Shown here piece after piece: positions 10,155-19,687 of a DNA stretch of 64,000 bases. The translations under genes and the position numbers were made by a program. The stretch comes from a bacterium (lineage in GTDB: Bacteria; Patescibacteriota; Minisyncoccia; Phycocordibacterales; Zambryskibacteraceae), in the NCBI GenBank assembly GCA_030649135.1, contig JAUSGI010000002.1:6294-70293 (forward strand). The letters run 5' to 3'. The notes beneath the pieces were generated by a model. It did no database searches, was not told the origin of the DNA, and saw only the letters and a program-made list of their open reading frames with translations. Position 1 is the stretch's first letter. The number at the start of each line of letters is the position of its first letter.

Positions 10155-10787
10155 ATGGACAATTTTAAAAATACTCGCGCTGTCGTTGTGTACCTAAGTA
10201 AGTATATATCGGGCAAAACTCTTGACTATGGCGCTGGCTCTGCCAAATATAGAAACCTGATTGCTCCACAGACGAGCGAATACATAACCTTTGATATGGT
10301 TCCCGGAGAATACATTGATGTGGTAGGAGATGCCCTCAAACCCCCTTTTCCTGACAACTCTTTTGATACCGTCATCTCCACTCAAATGCTGGAACATGTA
10401 GAAAAGCCATGGGTAGTGGCAAGCGAAATAAGACGCATCCTGAAGCCAGGTGGTATCTGTATACTCACAGCGCCCTTTTGGGTCCCTTATCACGCTGACC
10501 CTCACGACTATTTTCGCTACACCAAAGAAGGATTAGAAAGTTTATTTAAAAATGAGGGCTTTGAAATAGAGGTGAGCGGTAATTACGGAAAACCCCCATC
10601 TGTCCTGGGAGAAATGATTCATTTCTCCTTTTTTAGCCCTTATGATGTTGTCTCTCAAAGAAAAGCAAGATGGCGCTCAAGAATAATGCGTTTCATACAA
10701 TCGTTAACCTATAAGCTAGACACTCTCTCTAAAAACAAGGTTGTTTACGCTAACGCTTATGTGGTCGCAAGAAAATCCTCCAGTTGA
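10155..10787 (+). CDS. Class I SAM-dependent methyltransferase
   Basis: Motif I LDYGAGSAKY and Methyltransf_11 features FDTVISTQMLEHV and LKPGGICIL. Confidence 0.75.
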   Translation: MDNFKNTRAVVVYLSKYISGKTLDYGAGSAKYRNLIAPQTSEYITFDMVPGEYIDVVGDALKPPFPDNSFDTVISTQMLEHVEKPWVVASEIRRILKPGGICILTAPFWVPYHADPHDYFRYTKEGLESLFKNEGFEIEVSGNYGKPPSVLGEMIHFSFFSPYDVVSQRKARWRSRIMRFIQSLTYKLDTLSKNKVVYANAYVVARKSSS

Positions 10788-12463
10788 TCCACGACCCATT
10801 TACTCCCATTCTGATATGGGTCGCCAAAGTATCGTTCTCGCAATTCTTTGATGTTATCCTCTGATATTTGGGGAATATTTTTTATTCTTTTAATAAGCTC
10901 ACCAGGATTCTCAGCAAATAACGGACTCCCTGTCCCATAATCCTTCATGTTAAAGCAATCTCCCCATTTATCTGTCTTAAAGAAAATAGGTATCTTAAAC
11001 TCTAATAAGGCCTCCAACACTGCTGTACTATGAGAACCAACAGCGGCATCACATTCTTTGACGGCGTCAGTGATACTACCCCTCAAGATTTTGAGATTTT
11101 TGTCTTCTAATATTTCTGGTTCATTGGCTAAAAGCCACTCTTCAAATCCATCTTTGGTTGGCCTAAACTTTATGCTCAATTCAATTTCACGATTATTTAA
11201 TAATTCATTTAGGTAAGGCAATACCTCATAAGGCGCGGCCAATTGTTCCGAAATAAAAAGTACTTTAACGGGCCCTTGGTTGCTTTGCCCTGGGTTTGTC
11301 GAAGGGTTGGTTTGCTTTTCTAATGGCCTCATCGGACCTGATACGTAGAGCTGTTCCGGAAGATAGGCTCTGCTATTTGTAATATAATATTCCTTCCACC
11401 AGTCGCTCCAGAGACCATATTTATCGGTGGTTAAAATTTTTTCTCCATCAAATCCAGGCATAAAATCATACACATTATAATATTTAGAAGGGGCACCATG
11501 CAGAAGGCCAACAGTCGGAACATTGTTCAATTTACACCCTAGGACAGCATGGAAATTTCGTTCCAAGGCCACCGGGAAAAACGCCGACTTCACGCCAATG
11601 ACCCGCAAAATCCATTTCATAATCCGGATAGCCCACATATCATTATAGACATTAAGAAGATGATGGGTGGCCACCAAAATCTTAAACTGTTTTTGTGGAT
11701 CTCTTTCTATTTGCTTACTGATCTGATGACGGCTCCCCAAGATGAAGCTTAGGAACTTACCAACGAAAGCCACCGCTTCTGAGTAAATGACTGGACGCCC
11801 CCTGGTAAGAAAATGCTCTAAAATTGTTTTCCCAGACTCTAGACTTCTAATGAATTCAACAAAGGGGAGATTCCGGTCACGCAATTCCCTGTAGACAAAT
11901 TCCATTCTAAAATCGTAGTCTTTAGTCTTTTCGAATTTATCGCCGGTAAAAACCAGTATTCGTCGTCTTTGAAATATAAGAAATGGCAGAGACAAGAGGG
12001 TCAGAATTATTTGAAGAAGAATGCCAAGAGGTAGAATAGCTAGACTTTTAAAACCAGGTTTATTGAGCACGCTCATCTCACATCCATAAGCAGATAGATA
12101 GTGGGCAAAAAGACTTTTATATGGGGGGTTGTAAAAATACACCTGCCGAAAATCCCCTAAATACGAAAGAAGTTTTTTATATTGTGTGTATGGAAGACAA
12201 AAGTAGGTAGAGAGACTATTGTAATGTATCCACCATAATTCATAGCCCTCGTAAATAAAAGATTTGGCGATGCGCGTCCCGTCTGGAAACTTGAGATACG
12301 AAAGCTCTTTGGCAAACTGACTAGCTTCATAAATACTTCCGGGTCCAATAAATTTATTGAGCTCTTCACCAGAAAGCACCATATCGTAGGAACGTAGATC
12401 CCCTTTCGGCATCTCTTCGCCAAAAACTACTAAAATTGATTTATTTTTCATTTCTATAACCAT
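10757..12463 (-). CDS. Putative polysaccharide biosynthesis protein (capsule/teichoic-type glycosyl- or glycerophospho-transferase-like)
   Basis: The start is reassigned to ATG 12463 (MVIEMKNKSILVVFG). The track's longer N-terminus runs through a GC-rich hairpin terminator and the neighbouring gene. The C-terminal region AVGSHSTAVLEALLEFKIPIFF resembles PF04464/PF05159-type transferases. Confidence 0.45.
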   Translation of the reverse strand: MVIEMKNKSILVVFGEEMPKGDLRSYDMVLSGEELNKFIGPGSIYEASQFAKELSYLKFPDGTRIAKSFIYEGYELWWIHYNSLSTYFCLPYTQYKKLLSYLGDFRQVYFYNPPYKSLFAHYLSAYGCEMSVLNKPGFKSLAILPLGILLQIILTLLSLPFLIFQRRRILVFTGDKFEKTKDYDFRMEFVYRELRDRNLPFVEFIRSLESGKTILEHFLTRGRPVIYSEAVAFVGKFLSFILGSRHQISKQIERDPQKQFKILVATHHLLNVYNDMWAIRIMKWILRVIGVKSAFFPVALERNFHAVLGCKLNNVPTVGLLHGAPSKYYNVYDFMPGFDGEKILTTDKYGLWSDWWKEYYITNSRAYLPEQLYVSGPMRPLEKQTNPSTNPGQSNQGPVKVLFISEQLAAPYEVLPYLNELLNNREIELSIKFRPTKDGFEEWLLANEPEILEDKNLKILRGSITDAVKECDAAVGSHSTAVLEALLEFKIPIFFKTDKWGDCFNMKDYGTGSPLFAENPGELIKRIKNIPQISEDNIKELRERYFGDPYQNGSKWVVDQLEDFLATT

Positions 12464-12477
12464 ATCATATAGGAAAA

Positions 12478-12507
12478 GGGCCGGCCGCGATGTACTGCGG
12501 CCGGCCC
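12478..12507 (-). terminator. Perfect 11-bp GC hairpin GGGCCGGCCGC-gatgtact-GCGGCCGGCCC
   Basis: Lies immediately downstream (minus strand) of the stop of the GC-rich 144-aa ORF and is followed by TTTTCC. Confidence 0.6.
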
Positions 12508-12515
12508 AGGTTAGA

Positions 12516-12950
12516 TCAGGCGTCCGGGTCGATGGCGTTGGGGCGGTATTCGAACCGCCAGATGGTGACGAGGTTGTCGTCACCGAACGGCTTGTTGTAG
12601 ATGCCCGCCAGGTGATTCTTGACCTCCTCCTGGCTCGTGATGTCCGGGGACATACCACGGAGGTCCTCCGCCGTCAGCTCGCTGATCTTCTTCACCAGAT
12701 ACTCGGTGACCTCGACGTTGGTCCCGTCATCTGGGAAGAACTTGGCCGCCACGCCTCGGGCCTGGTCGCCAGGCACCTCGATGTAGCGCACGAGGATATT
12801 GGTGAACCGCGGGATGCCGGTGGGCTTGGTCGGGTCGGAGCGATCACCGGGTCTCACGACCGAGGTGATCGTCTGATCTTTGAAGCCCTGCATGTGCTCC
12901 ACTCGGACCCAGAGTCCGGGCTGGCCATACTCCACGTTTCGATCCAGCAT
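12516..12950 (-). CDS. Hypothetical protein, 144 aa, conspicuously GC-rich orphan
   Basis: Self-contained cassette: consensus promoter, SD AAGGGGGAGGG, ORF, GC hairpin terminator. About 60% GC against roughly 35-40% in the flanks. No family recognised. Confidence 0.6.
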   Translation of the reverse strand: MLDRNVEYGQPGLWVRVEHMQGFKDQTITSVVRPGDRSDPTKPTGIPRFTNILVRYIEVPGDQARGVAAKFFPDDGTNVEVTEYLVKKISELTAEDLRGMSPDITSQEEVKNHLAGIYNKPFGDDNLVTIWRFEYRPNAIDPDA

Positions 12951-12997
12951 GAAATCCCTCCCCCTTGCTTGATTTGTAACAATTTTACTCCTCGCGT

Positions 12998-13026
12998 ATT
13001 ATAGCAAACTATGTAGAATGTGTCAA
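12998..13026 (-). promoter_or_regulatory. Consensus sigma70-type promoter TTGACA-N17-TATAAT for the 144-aa gene
   Basis: Minus strand reads TTGACAcattctacatagtttgcTATAAT. The -35 box overlaps the TGA stop of the upstream epimerase gene. Confidence 0.5.
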
Positions 13027-13937
13027 TAGTCTGGAGAATGCTTCATATGCTCATCGTATCCTTCAGGATTAATCCTCTGGTGAGTCTCATTGATTAAATC
13101 AAGTAAACCTTGTCCGATATCAGTCGATAAATTAGGTATGAGCTTCCTAGCTAGACGAGGTTGGAAGCTGTAACCTGTCATTTGATAGTGCCCGAGATCT
13201 CCTTTGTTTAAAAATTCAATTTCCACTTCATGGTTGAGCATCTCTTTAATCATCATTAGAAGGTCGCGAGACTTGAGTGTCTGGTGACCAGTAATAAGTA
13301 TGTGTTGGTTTTCAAATTCTGGTTTGAGTATTTCCACACTTGATCGGGCCGCATCTCTGACGTGAATATGCTCGCGCACTTCTTCCCCTGTTCCGGGATA
13401 AGAGATCTTTTTTTCTTTGATTGCCTGATTGATAAACTTATTGATACTTGAAAGATGATTGGATCGAGCCGGACCATAGAGTGAACCGTAACGCAAAATG
13501 GTGAAAGGCAAGCCATATTGGCGCTGATATGTCTCCGTAATCTTTTCACTGGCTAATTTAGAGTCGCTATAGAAGGCACCGAAACGGCTGTAGGCGTAAA
13601 CGGAACTAGCATAGACAAAGCGCTTAGCTCCAGCCTTACGAGCTGCTTCAAGGGCATAGGTATTACCTAAAATATTAACTTTAACGACATCAATTGGATT
13701 ATTTTTAGCCACATCAATATCCGCTACGGCAGCAAAGTTGTAAACAATATCGTACCCTTTGACAGCCTTTTCTACCGCCTTCTGGTCAGTGATATCACCT
13801 ACGATCATTTGTTGACCCGGCTTTAAGTATTCCGATTTGGTACGGCCGAATATAACCACGTCGTGCCCTGCTTCAGTCAAAGCATCAGCCACATAACTAC
13901 CGAGAAATCCCCCACCACCAAAGACAATGATTTTCAT
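13023..13937 (-). CDS. NAD-dependent nucleotide-sugar epimerase/dehydratase (extended SDR)
   Basis: Rossmann N-terminus GGGGFLGSYV and the catalytic YxxxK region; whole-protein architecture typical of UDP-sugar 4-epimerases. Confidence 0.8.
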   Translation of the reverse strand: MKIIVFGGGGFLGSYVADALTEAGHDVVIFGRTKSEYLKPGQQMIVGDITDQKAVEKAVKGYDIVYNFAAVADIDVAKNNPIDVVKVNILGNTYALEAARKAGAKRFVYASSVYAYSRFGAFYSDSKLASEKITETYQRQYGLPFTILRYGSLYGPARSNHLSSINKFINQAIKEKKISYPGTGEEVREHIHVRDAARSSVEILKPEFENQHILITGHQTLKSRDLLMMIKEMLNHEVEIEFLNKGDLGHYQMTGYSFQPRLARKLIPNLSTDIGQGLLDLINETHQRINPEGYDEHMKHSPDY

Positions 13938-13941
13938 CTCG

Positions 13942-14691
13942 TTATTGATAGGTTTTAAATAAGGGATCGTTTCTCATAATTTCTCGCACCCTGATCAAGT
14001 CAGCCTCGGTATCGACATTGAAAGTTTCTTGCTCTGTTTCTACTACCTTAACTTTAGCACCATGTTCAAGAAAGCGTAAGAGATCAATCGATTCTATTGT
14101 TTCAAGTGGTGCCATTCCCCAATTGGTAAAGTCCCGGAGGCTTTCTCGTCGTATGGGATAGACACAGACCATTTTGTAGTGAGAAATCGGCTCTTTGGTC
14201 TTTGCCTTGGAGGGAATGGGTTCGCGCGAATAGAACAATGCATCCCCCTTACCATCTCGAACCACCTTAACTCGATTGCGATCTTCAACTTCAGAAAGGT
14301 CAGTAATTTTTTGCACTAATGTTCCGCATGCATAAGAATCATCTTCAGCCAGTGGCTTGGTAATAGCATCAATCATTTCTGGATAAATCAAGGGCTCATC
14401 GCCTTGAACATTGACAACGAGATCAGCCAAAATCGTTTCATTAGCTTCAGCCAGACGATCCATGGCCATGGTGTGGTCAGGTCGAGTCATAATGGCTTTA
14501 CCACCAAATTTCTCCACTACATCAAATATTTCTTTGTTGGGAGTGGCTACCCAAACTTCATCTAGGAGTTTAGACATCTTGGTGCGAAGCCAGACGTGTT
14601 CAACCATCGTCTTGCCTAAAATATCCACCAAGGGCTTACCTGGGAAGCGAGATGACTCCATCCGAGCTGGAATAATGGCTACAATCTTCAT
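13942..14691 (-). CDS. KdsB-family cytidylyltransferase (CMP-Kdo synthetase-like / CMP-keto-deoxy sugar synthetase)
   Basis: Carries IIPARMESSRFPGKPL and NVQGDEPLI, the hallmark motifs of 3-deoxy-manno-octulosonate cytidylyltransferases. Confidence 0.75.
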   Translation of the reverse strand: MKIVAIIPARMESSRFPGKPLVDILGKTMVEHVWLRTKMSKLLDEVWVATPNKEIFDVVEKFGGKAIMTRPDHTMAMDRLAEANETILADLVVNVQGDEPLIYPEMIDAITKPLAEDDSYACGTLVQKITDLSEVEDRNRVKVVRDGKGDALFYSREPIPSKAKTKEPISHYKMVCVYPIRRESLRDFTNWGMAPLETIESIDLLRFLEHGAKVKVVETEQETFNVDTEADLIRVREIMRNDPLFKTYQ

Positions 14692-14714
14692 ATTTCTAGA
14701 TTAGAATATGTATT

Positions 14715-15458
14715 CTAAAACTGTCCGCCATTTACGTCAACTATGGCACCGGCCATATAACTTGAGGCATCTGAACTAAGGAACAGAATGACTTCAGCCT
14801 GTTGCTCTGGCTTGGCGATATAACCAAGTGGAATTTTCTCATTCAACTGTCTTTCTATATCGTCGTTGATAAGAGAACGCAGCATTGGTGTCATAGTCTG
14901 CGAGGGAGCAAGACAATTTACATTGATACCAAATCTTGCAACTTCCGCACCAAGCTGACGAGTAAATCCGATGATTCCAGATTTGGCGTAAGCATAGTGG
15001 AGTCCTGAAGTCATGCCCCGAAATCGCCCTGCGATTGAGGCGACGTTTACTACTTTACCGTATTTTCTTTTTTTCATTTCAGCGATAACGTATTTACAGC
15101 ATAGGAAAGTTGTCAATCCATTGTTGCGATTGATCATCTCCCACTTTTCAACAGTCAGTTCATCAATATTTCCTCCTCCACTGACACCAGCAGAATTAAC
15201 TAAAATATCGACCTGACCGAACTTCTTGACAGTTTCCTCCACCATCGCTTTCACCTGTGCTTCTTCCGCCAAATCTAGTTTAATCGCTAATACACGCTTG
15301 CCCGAAGGATCCAATTCTTCAGCGGTGACATCAACCTTTCCGTCACGGCCGGCAATAACTACAGAAGCACCACGATCGAAAAAAAGTTTGGCTGTGGCCT
15401 TGCCGATACCTGACCCTGCTCCGGTGACAATGGCAACTTTATTCTTAAATGTTTGCAT
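14715..15458 (-). CDS. Short-chain dehydrogenase/reductase (FabG-like)
   Basis: Start reassigned to ATG 15458 (MQTFKNKVAIVTGAGSGIGKA), which is the TGxxxGxG motif. The catalytic triad region NSAG...YAYAKSG is present. Confidence 0.8.
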   Translation of the reverse strand: MQTFKNKVAIVTGAGSGIGKATAKLFFDRGASVVIAGRDGKVDVTAEELDPSGKRVLAIKLDLAEEAQVKAMVEETVKKFGQVDILVNSAGVSGGGNIDELTVEKWEMINRNNGLTTFLCCKYVIAEMKKRKYGKVVNVASIAGRFRGMTSGLHYAYAKSGIIGFTRQLGAEVARFGINVNCLAPSQTMTPMLRSLINDDIERQLNEKIPLGYIAKPEQQAEVILFLSSDASSYMAGAIVDVNGGQF

Positions 15459-15459
15459 G

Positions 15460-16491
15460 CTAGTTTGGTTTAAGTATAACTTTAAGTGCCTTACGACTAA
15501 AGCCCAATTCAAACCCTTCTCGCCAGTCTTCGAGTGGTAACACTTTGGAAATCATTTTTTTGGCATTAACCTTTCCACTCGAAATAAGATCGATGCATTC
15601 TTTCCACATCTCGTGAGTATGACTGAAGCTTCCTTGCAGGCGAATATTTTTCCTAATCAAAGTGTCAAGTGTGGTGTTGGTCGTCTTCATAAACCAGCCG
15701 ACTTTGGTAATCTGTCCACCCGGCCGCACCATCTCAAGTGCTTGATCCATCGTTTTGGACGAACCGCCGACGGTATCTATCACCAGCGGCGCCCCGTTTT
15801 GTTTGGTCAGTTCTAGTACCTTTTCAACAGGATTTTCATTAGCATAAATCAAATAATCAGCTCCCAGATCTTTGCCAATCTTCATTCGATTTACATCTTC
15901 TGGCAATCCAATGAGTGCCACCTTAGCTCCACGCAGTGTCGCCATCTGTAGGCACAAAAGACCAACAGTCCCAACCCCGATAATTACAACCAGCTCCCCT
16001 TCTTTAGGATTACTATTAATAAGCGTGGCATTGTAAGAAACGCAAGCCGGCTCGACCATTGCCCCCTCTTCGAAACTGACGTTGTCCGGCAAAAGATGAA
16101 TGTACTCCAGCGGCACTTTCATAAACGGGGCGTAAGCGCCATTCATCCCACCACCAATATTTTTGCGCTTTTTGCAGAGATTATAATTACCCAAATCACA
16201 AACTTCGCATTCGCCACAGACAAAATCAATCGTCTCAGCAGTCACTCTGTCACCTATTTTGAAATTTTTTGCACCGGGGGGCAATTCAACAATCGTGCCG
16301 GAGAATTCATGGCCGGGAATAAAAGGAACTTTTTTATCGTCAAGCTCTTCGCGAAAGTGTTCAAGATCGCGACCGCAAATGCCTACTGCCTCAACACGCA
16401 AAATAGCATGCGTCTCATCGACTAGAGGTTTAGGTACCTCCTGAAATTCAAGTGTTTCTGGTTTGGTGCCAAATCTAACAAGTGCTTTCAT
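15460..16491 (-). CDS. Zn-dependent medium-chain alcohol/polyol dehydrogenase (sorbitol/threonine-DH-like)
   Basis: Zn ligand motifs GHEFSGTIVE and the CGECEVC structural zinc site, plus the Rossmann loop GVGTVG. Confidence 0.8.
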   Translation of the reverse strand: MKALVRFGTKPETLEFQEVPKPLVDETHAILRVEAVGICGRDLEHFREELDDKKVPFIPGHEFSGTIVELPPGAKNFKIGDRVTAETIDFVCGECEVCDLGNYNLCKKRKNIGGGMNGAYAPFMKVPLEYIHLLPDNVSFEEGAMVEPACVSYNATLINSNPKEGELVVIIGVGTVGLLCLQMATLRGAKVALIGLPEDVNRMKIGKDLGADYLIYANENPVEKVLELTKQNGAPLVIDTVGGSSKTMDQALEMVRPGGQITKVGWFMKTTNTTLDTLIRKNIRLQGSFSHTHEMWKECIDLISSGKVNAKKMISKVLPLEDWREGFELGFSRKALKVILKPN

Positions 16492-17489
16492 GGTCGTAAT
16501 GTTAGTAAATATTTTAGGCTAGTTTCTAGCTCTGTTGCTTCGTAGGAAATAATTTTATCTACTGGCTCCCCAGCTTCCCATGGCGTCTGCCAGGAACCAT
16601 CCGCTACACGCACAGTCTCATGTTCGAGGAGTTGGAAAAAAGTAACGAGTTCCGAGTGATTACGTGGCTTGATTTCCTCCCAAAAATCTGACCCGAGCCA
16701 TGAGATGTTTCTGGCTTCCAATGCACCAAGCTCGATGACCATTTTAGCATTTGGACAGTTTCTAGCAAGAAGTGGTAACACTTTTTTAAAATCAACCGAA
16801 CCGTCGCCAATAGAGCATCGCACCAAGCGAAAACCCTCTTCACTTTTAAATATTTTGTATTCTTTCAGATGAATATTAATAATGTGTGGTCCAAGTTTAT
16901 TAGCAAATACTATGGGATCTTCACACGTAGCAAAGGCATTACCAATATCAAAGTTGACTCCAACTACGTCAGCTCCAACTACTTCGATAATTTGTAATAA
17001 ATCATTTGAATCAAGATCTTGGTGATTTTCTATTGCAATTCTAAGACCATTCTGACGCAGTAATGGCGTAAGCTCACTTAATACAGAGATGACGTGCCTT
17101 ACGTGCTCATTCCATGGTTTACCAAGTTTCTTCCTATCACAGCCTAAAATATTGCTGCTCTTTATCCTGATGATTGGTGAACCAAATTCTTTGGCTAAAG
17201 GTATTAAAGTCCTAATTTGTTCGACATCAAGCGCGACTTCAGAATCCATTATGAAAAACAGGTTGTGATCAGAAAGTTTTTTCTTTAATTCCTTAAGCCG
17301 ACTGGGCTCAAGATCAGGCACAAAACGTGAAAGTGGTACTTCAATTCCACCAAAATCATGCCCTATTGCAAAATCAACAAATCCTTCCAATATCCATGGT
17401 TTGGGATTTTTCTTATCCGTACTCTTACCGATATTACCCATGCTATACCCAAAGGCTGAGCTAGAGAGTCCAATTTCTTTTATATTCAT
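16488..17489 (-). CDS. Sugar-phosphate isomerase/epimerase, xylose-isomerase-like TIM barrel
   Basis: Fold-level similarity to the AP-endonuclease-2 / xylose isomerase-like family; no sharp motif identified. Confidence 0.45.
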   Translation of the reverse strand: MNIKEIGLSSSAFGYSMGNIGKSTDKKNPKPWILEGFVDFAIGHDFGGIEVPLSRFVPDLEPSRLKELKKKLSDHNLFFIMDSEVALDVEQIRTLIPLAKEFGSPIIRIKSSNILGCDRKKLGKPWNEHVRHVISVLSELTPLLRQNGLRIAIENHQDLDSNDLLQIIEVVGADVVGVNFDIGNAFATCEDPIVFANKLGPHIINIHLKEYKIFKSEEGFRLVRCSIGDGSVDFKKVLPLLARNCPNAKMVIELGALEARNISWLGSDFWEEIKPRNHSELVTFFQLLEHETVRVADGSWQTPWEAGEPVDKIISYEATELETSLKYLLTLRP

Positions 17490-17494
17490 ACGGT

Positions 17495-18412
17495 TTATTT
17501 CTCTAACTTTTCCAGACCTTTGATCAAATTATTGACTGTATTATCGTGAACATAATTTTCTGCTTCTACTGTGTTGTAAGCATTGTGCGGAGTCAGAATG
17601 ACGTTATTCATTTTTCTTAATGGACTATCAATGGGAAGTGGCTCCATTTCAAAGACATCAATTCCTGCTCCAGCAATTTTTTTATGTTGTAAAGCTTGAA
17701 CCAATGCCTTCTCATCAATAACCGGACCACGTGCGGTGTTGAAAATATAAGCAGTCGGCTTCATCAGAGAAAATTCTTTTAAACTTATGAGATAGTGACT
17801 CGTTGGATTCAAATCAACTGTCAGTGCCACGAAATCAGACTGACGGAGGAGATCTTCTTTACTCACATTGGACAATTCTTCTCTGATATCACTGCCTAAA
17901 ACTATCATCTCAAATGCTTTGGCCCGCTTCGCTACTGCTTGGCCCACGTTACCCATACCAATAATTCCAATAGTCTTACCAGCAAGTGCTGTACCTGGCA
18001 CATGCTTCCATTCACCATCACGAATAGACTTATCCTGGCCCCTAACATCACGAGCAAAATGTAATAAGTAGGAAAAAATTATGGTAGCACAACTTTCCGA
18101 AAATGCCCCGGGCGAATTGTAGACCGCAATACCTCGACGTTTAGCCGATTCTAAATCAATACTATTGATACCCACGCCCCATTTGGAGATCACCTTCAAA
18201 TTCTTAGCCTTTTCCATCACCTGATCGGTAATTTCATCATCACTACAGATAATGGCGTCGTAAGGTTCGACAATGGGAAGCAGGTCTGCTTCTGGTACAA
18301 ACTGTGGACTAGTAATTAGGTCGAAGTCGATATTATGCTTTTCAAGCAACTCTTTATACTGCTCGAGGCGAGACTGCAAATGTATGCTAGATATAAGGAC
18401 TTTCCAGCGCAT
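17495..18412 (-). CDS. D-isomer-specific 2-hydroxyacid dehydrogenase (NAD-binding)
   Basis: NAD-binding loop GKTIGIIGMGNVG and the catalytic region with R/E/H typical of D-2-hydroxyacid dehydrogenases. Confidence 0.75.
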   Translation of the reverse strand: MRWKVLISSIHLQSRLEQYKELLEKHNIDFDLITSPQFVPEADLLPIVEPYDAIICSDDEITDQVMEKAKNLKVISKWGVGINSIDLESAKRRGIAVYNSPGAFSESCATIIFSYLLHFARDVRGQDKSIRDGEWKHVPGTALAGKTIGIIGMGNVGQAVAKRAKAFEMIVLGSDIREELSNVSKEDLLRQSDFVALTVDLNPTSHYLISLKEFSLMKPTAYIFNTARGPVIDEKALVQALQHKKIAGAGIDVFEMEPLPIDSPLRKMNNVILTPHNAYNTVEAENYVHDNTVNNLIKGLEKLEK

Positions 18413-18429
18413 ATATAGGCCATATTAGC

Positions 18430-19113
18430 CTAAGAACTAGCATTTTTCAAGATCTGATCTGTGTAGAGATAGGCTTCAGGAATTTGTTTCATGATTTGGG
18501 CAGGCATTTGGGAGGGGGGAACGATTTCGTTTTGTAGGCGCGTAATAATTTCTTTCTTAGCCGGGCCGAAAACAAAAGCGTAAGCAACAGGAATTTTAGC
18601 CAAAACCGATAAAGTTAAAGTTATTCTAGTGTAGGGGGAAGCTTCAAAAGAGCGAACCATCTCTCTATCAGAAACTTCCATAGTTTCTGGCAAGATGCCA
18701 GCAATGTGGCCATCTGTCCCAATGCCCAATTGAGCAATCACGAGAGCATCATCGTCAAATATTTTTTCTAATTTCTTTGTATATTCCACTATGGTTTCTT
18801 CCAGAGACTTATCAATCAGAACTGGGATAGTAGTGATATTTTCAATATTAAACCCAGTATCCATAAGTTGCTGCCAATTAGAATCTCTGTGACCAACAGA
18901 ACCAAAGCGTTCATCAGTTAACGCAACTGTAAGATTCCTCAAATCTGCTCCTGCCTCACGAATTTCATTCATGGCCATAACTGAAAACTCTATATTCGAC
19001 CCACCGCAGACGAGCCATAGCACTTTCCCATTCTGAAGAGATGCGGTAATCCTTTGTGCCATAACCGACATAGCTCGGGCTGGTTCTTTTTCTTGAATAA
19101 TTTGCAGTCCCAT
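18430..19113 (-). CDS. 6-phosphogluconolactonase / glucosamine-6-phosphate isomerase family protein
   Basis: NagB/Pgl fold markers: LWLVCGGSN and TDERF. Confidence 0.6.
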   Translation of the reverse strand: MGLQIIQEKEPARAMSVMAQRITASLQNGKVLWLVCGGSNIEFSVMAMNEIREAGADLRNLTVALTDERFGSVGHRDSNWQQLMDTGFNIENITTIPVLIDKSLEETIVEYTKKLEKIFDDDALVIAQLGIGTDGHIAGILPETMEVSDREMVRSFEASPYTRITLTLSVLAKIPVAYAFVFGPAKKEIITRLQNEIVPPSQMPAQIMKQIPEAYLYTDQILKNASS

Positions 19114-19126
19114 ACCTAGGAGGTTT

Positions 19127-19672
19127 TTACTTGGTTAACCTAAATACCCCTTCGTCCATAACAAAATCATATCCGTGGGAGCGGGCGGACCTTTTTATTT
19201 CCCTTATGTCACGCACAGTAAAGTGTCGAGCATCATCGATGAGGACATCGTGTCCTTTAACAGGGTGAGAGAATACTGCATCTAACTCTTGCCGGACAGG
19301 CGAATTATCAAGATTGAAGGGAGAACCGTGAGCATCTAGCCAAATCAAAGCCGGCTCTTTGACTTCTGCCATTACCTCGTATATTTTCTCCCCGCTATCT
19401 CCGTGATACAGATGGATGTTCCTTGCACTGGCAAACATGGCCACTGCCTGATTATAGAGTGTCGGGTCAAGTTCTATTGAATAAATCTCCCTAAAACTAT
19501 CTTTCATGGCAGCAATAGTGTCGCCTCGGTTCGTACCAGTTTCTACAAAGATATTTTTCTTCCCTTTATACGATAGCAATATTTCAACTTTCCGCTCCCC
19601 TGTTATTTTGAGGCCTTTCGCAGGATTTCTAAGACCTACAAATACAAGAATTTTTTTAATATAGTGTTTCAT
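19127..19672 (-). CDS. SAM-dependent methyltransferase (FkbM/TylF-like)
   Basis: The ORF track begins at a TTG three codons upstream; ATG at 19672 (MKHYIKK) is preferred. Shows VETGTNRGDT and LIWLDAHG. Confidence 0.5.
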   Translation of the reverse strand: MKHYIKKILVFVGLRNPAKGLKITGERKVEILLSYKGKKNIFVETGTNRGDTIAAMKDSFREIYSIELDPTLYNQAVAMFASARNIHLYHGDSGEKIYEVMAEVKEPALIWLDAHGSPFNLDNSPVRQELDAVFSHPVKGHDVLIDDARHFTVRDIREIKRSARSHGYDFVMDEGVFRLTK

Positions 19673-19686
19673 ATATAGCAATAATA
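19650..19686. repeat. Direct repeat copy 1 (about 32 bp) covering the 5-prime UTR and first codons of a methyltransferase gene
   Basis: TTTTAATATAGTGTTTCATATATAGCAATAA recurs at 20535-20571. Both downstream genes start MKHYIKK. Confidence 0.7.
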
Positions 19687-19687
19687 A

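Noticed and set aside
12464-12658. N-terminal 65-aa extension of the 633-aa track ORF (MVCPRTSRARRRS...)
   Set aside because: It is the antisense reading of a GC-rich foreign gene and of its hairpin terminator. An ATG with a sensible N-terminus (MVIEMKNKSILVV) lies at 12463.
12612-13004. 130-aa plus-strand ORF in the GC-rich island
   Set aside because: It is a typical shadow ORF antisense to the 144-aa gene. It has no promoter, SD or terminator in that orientation, whereas the minus-strand gene has all three.
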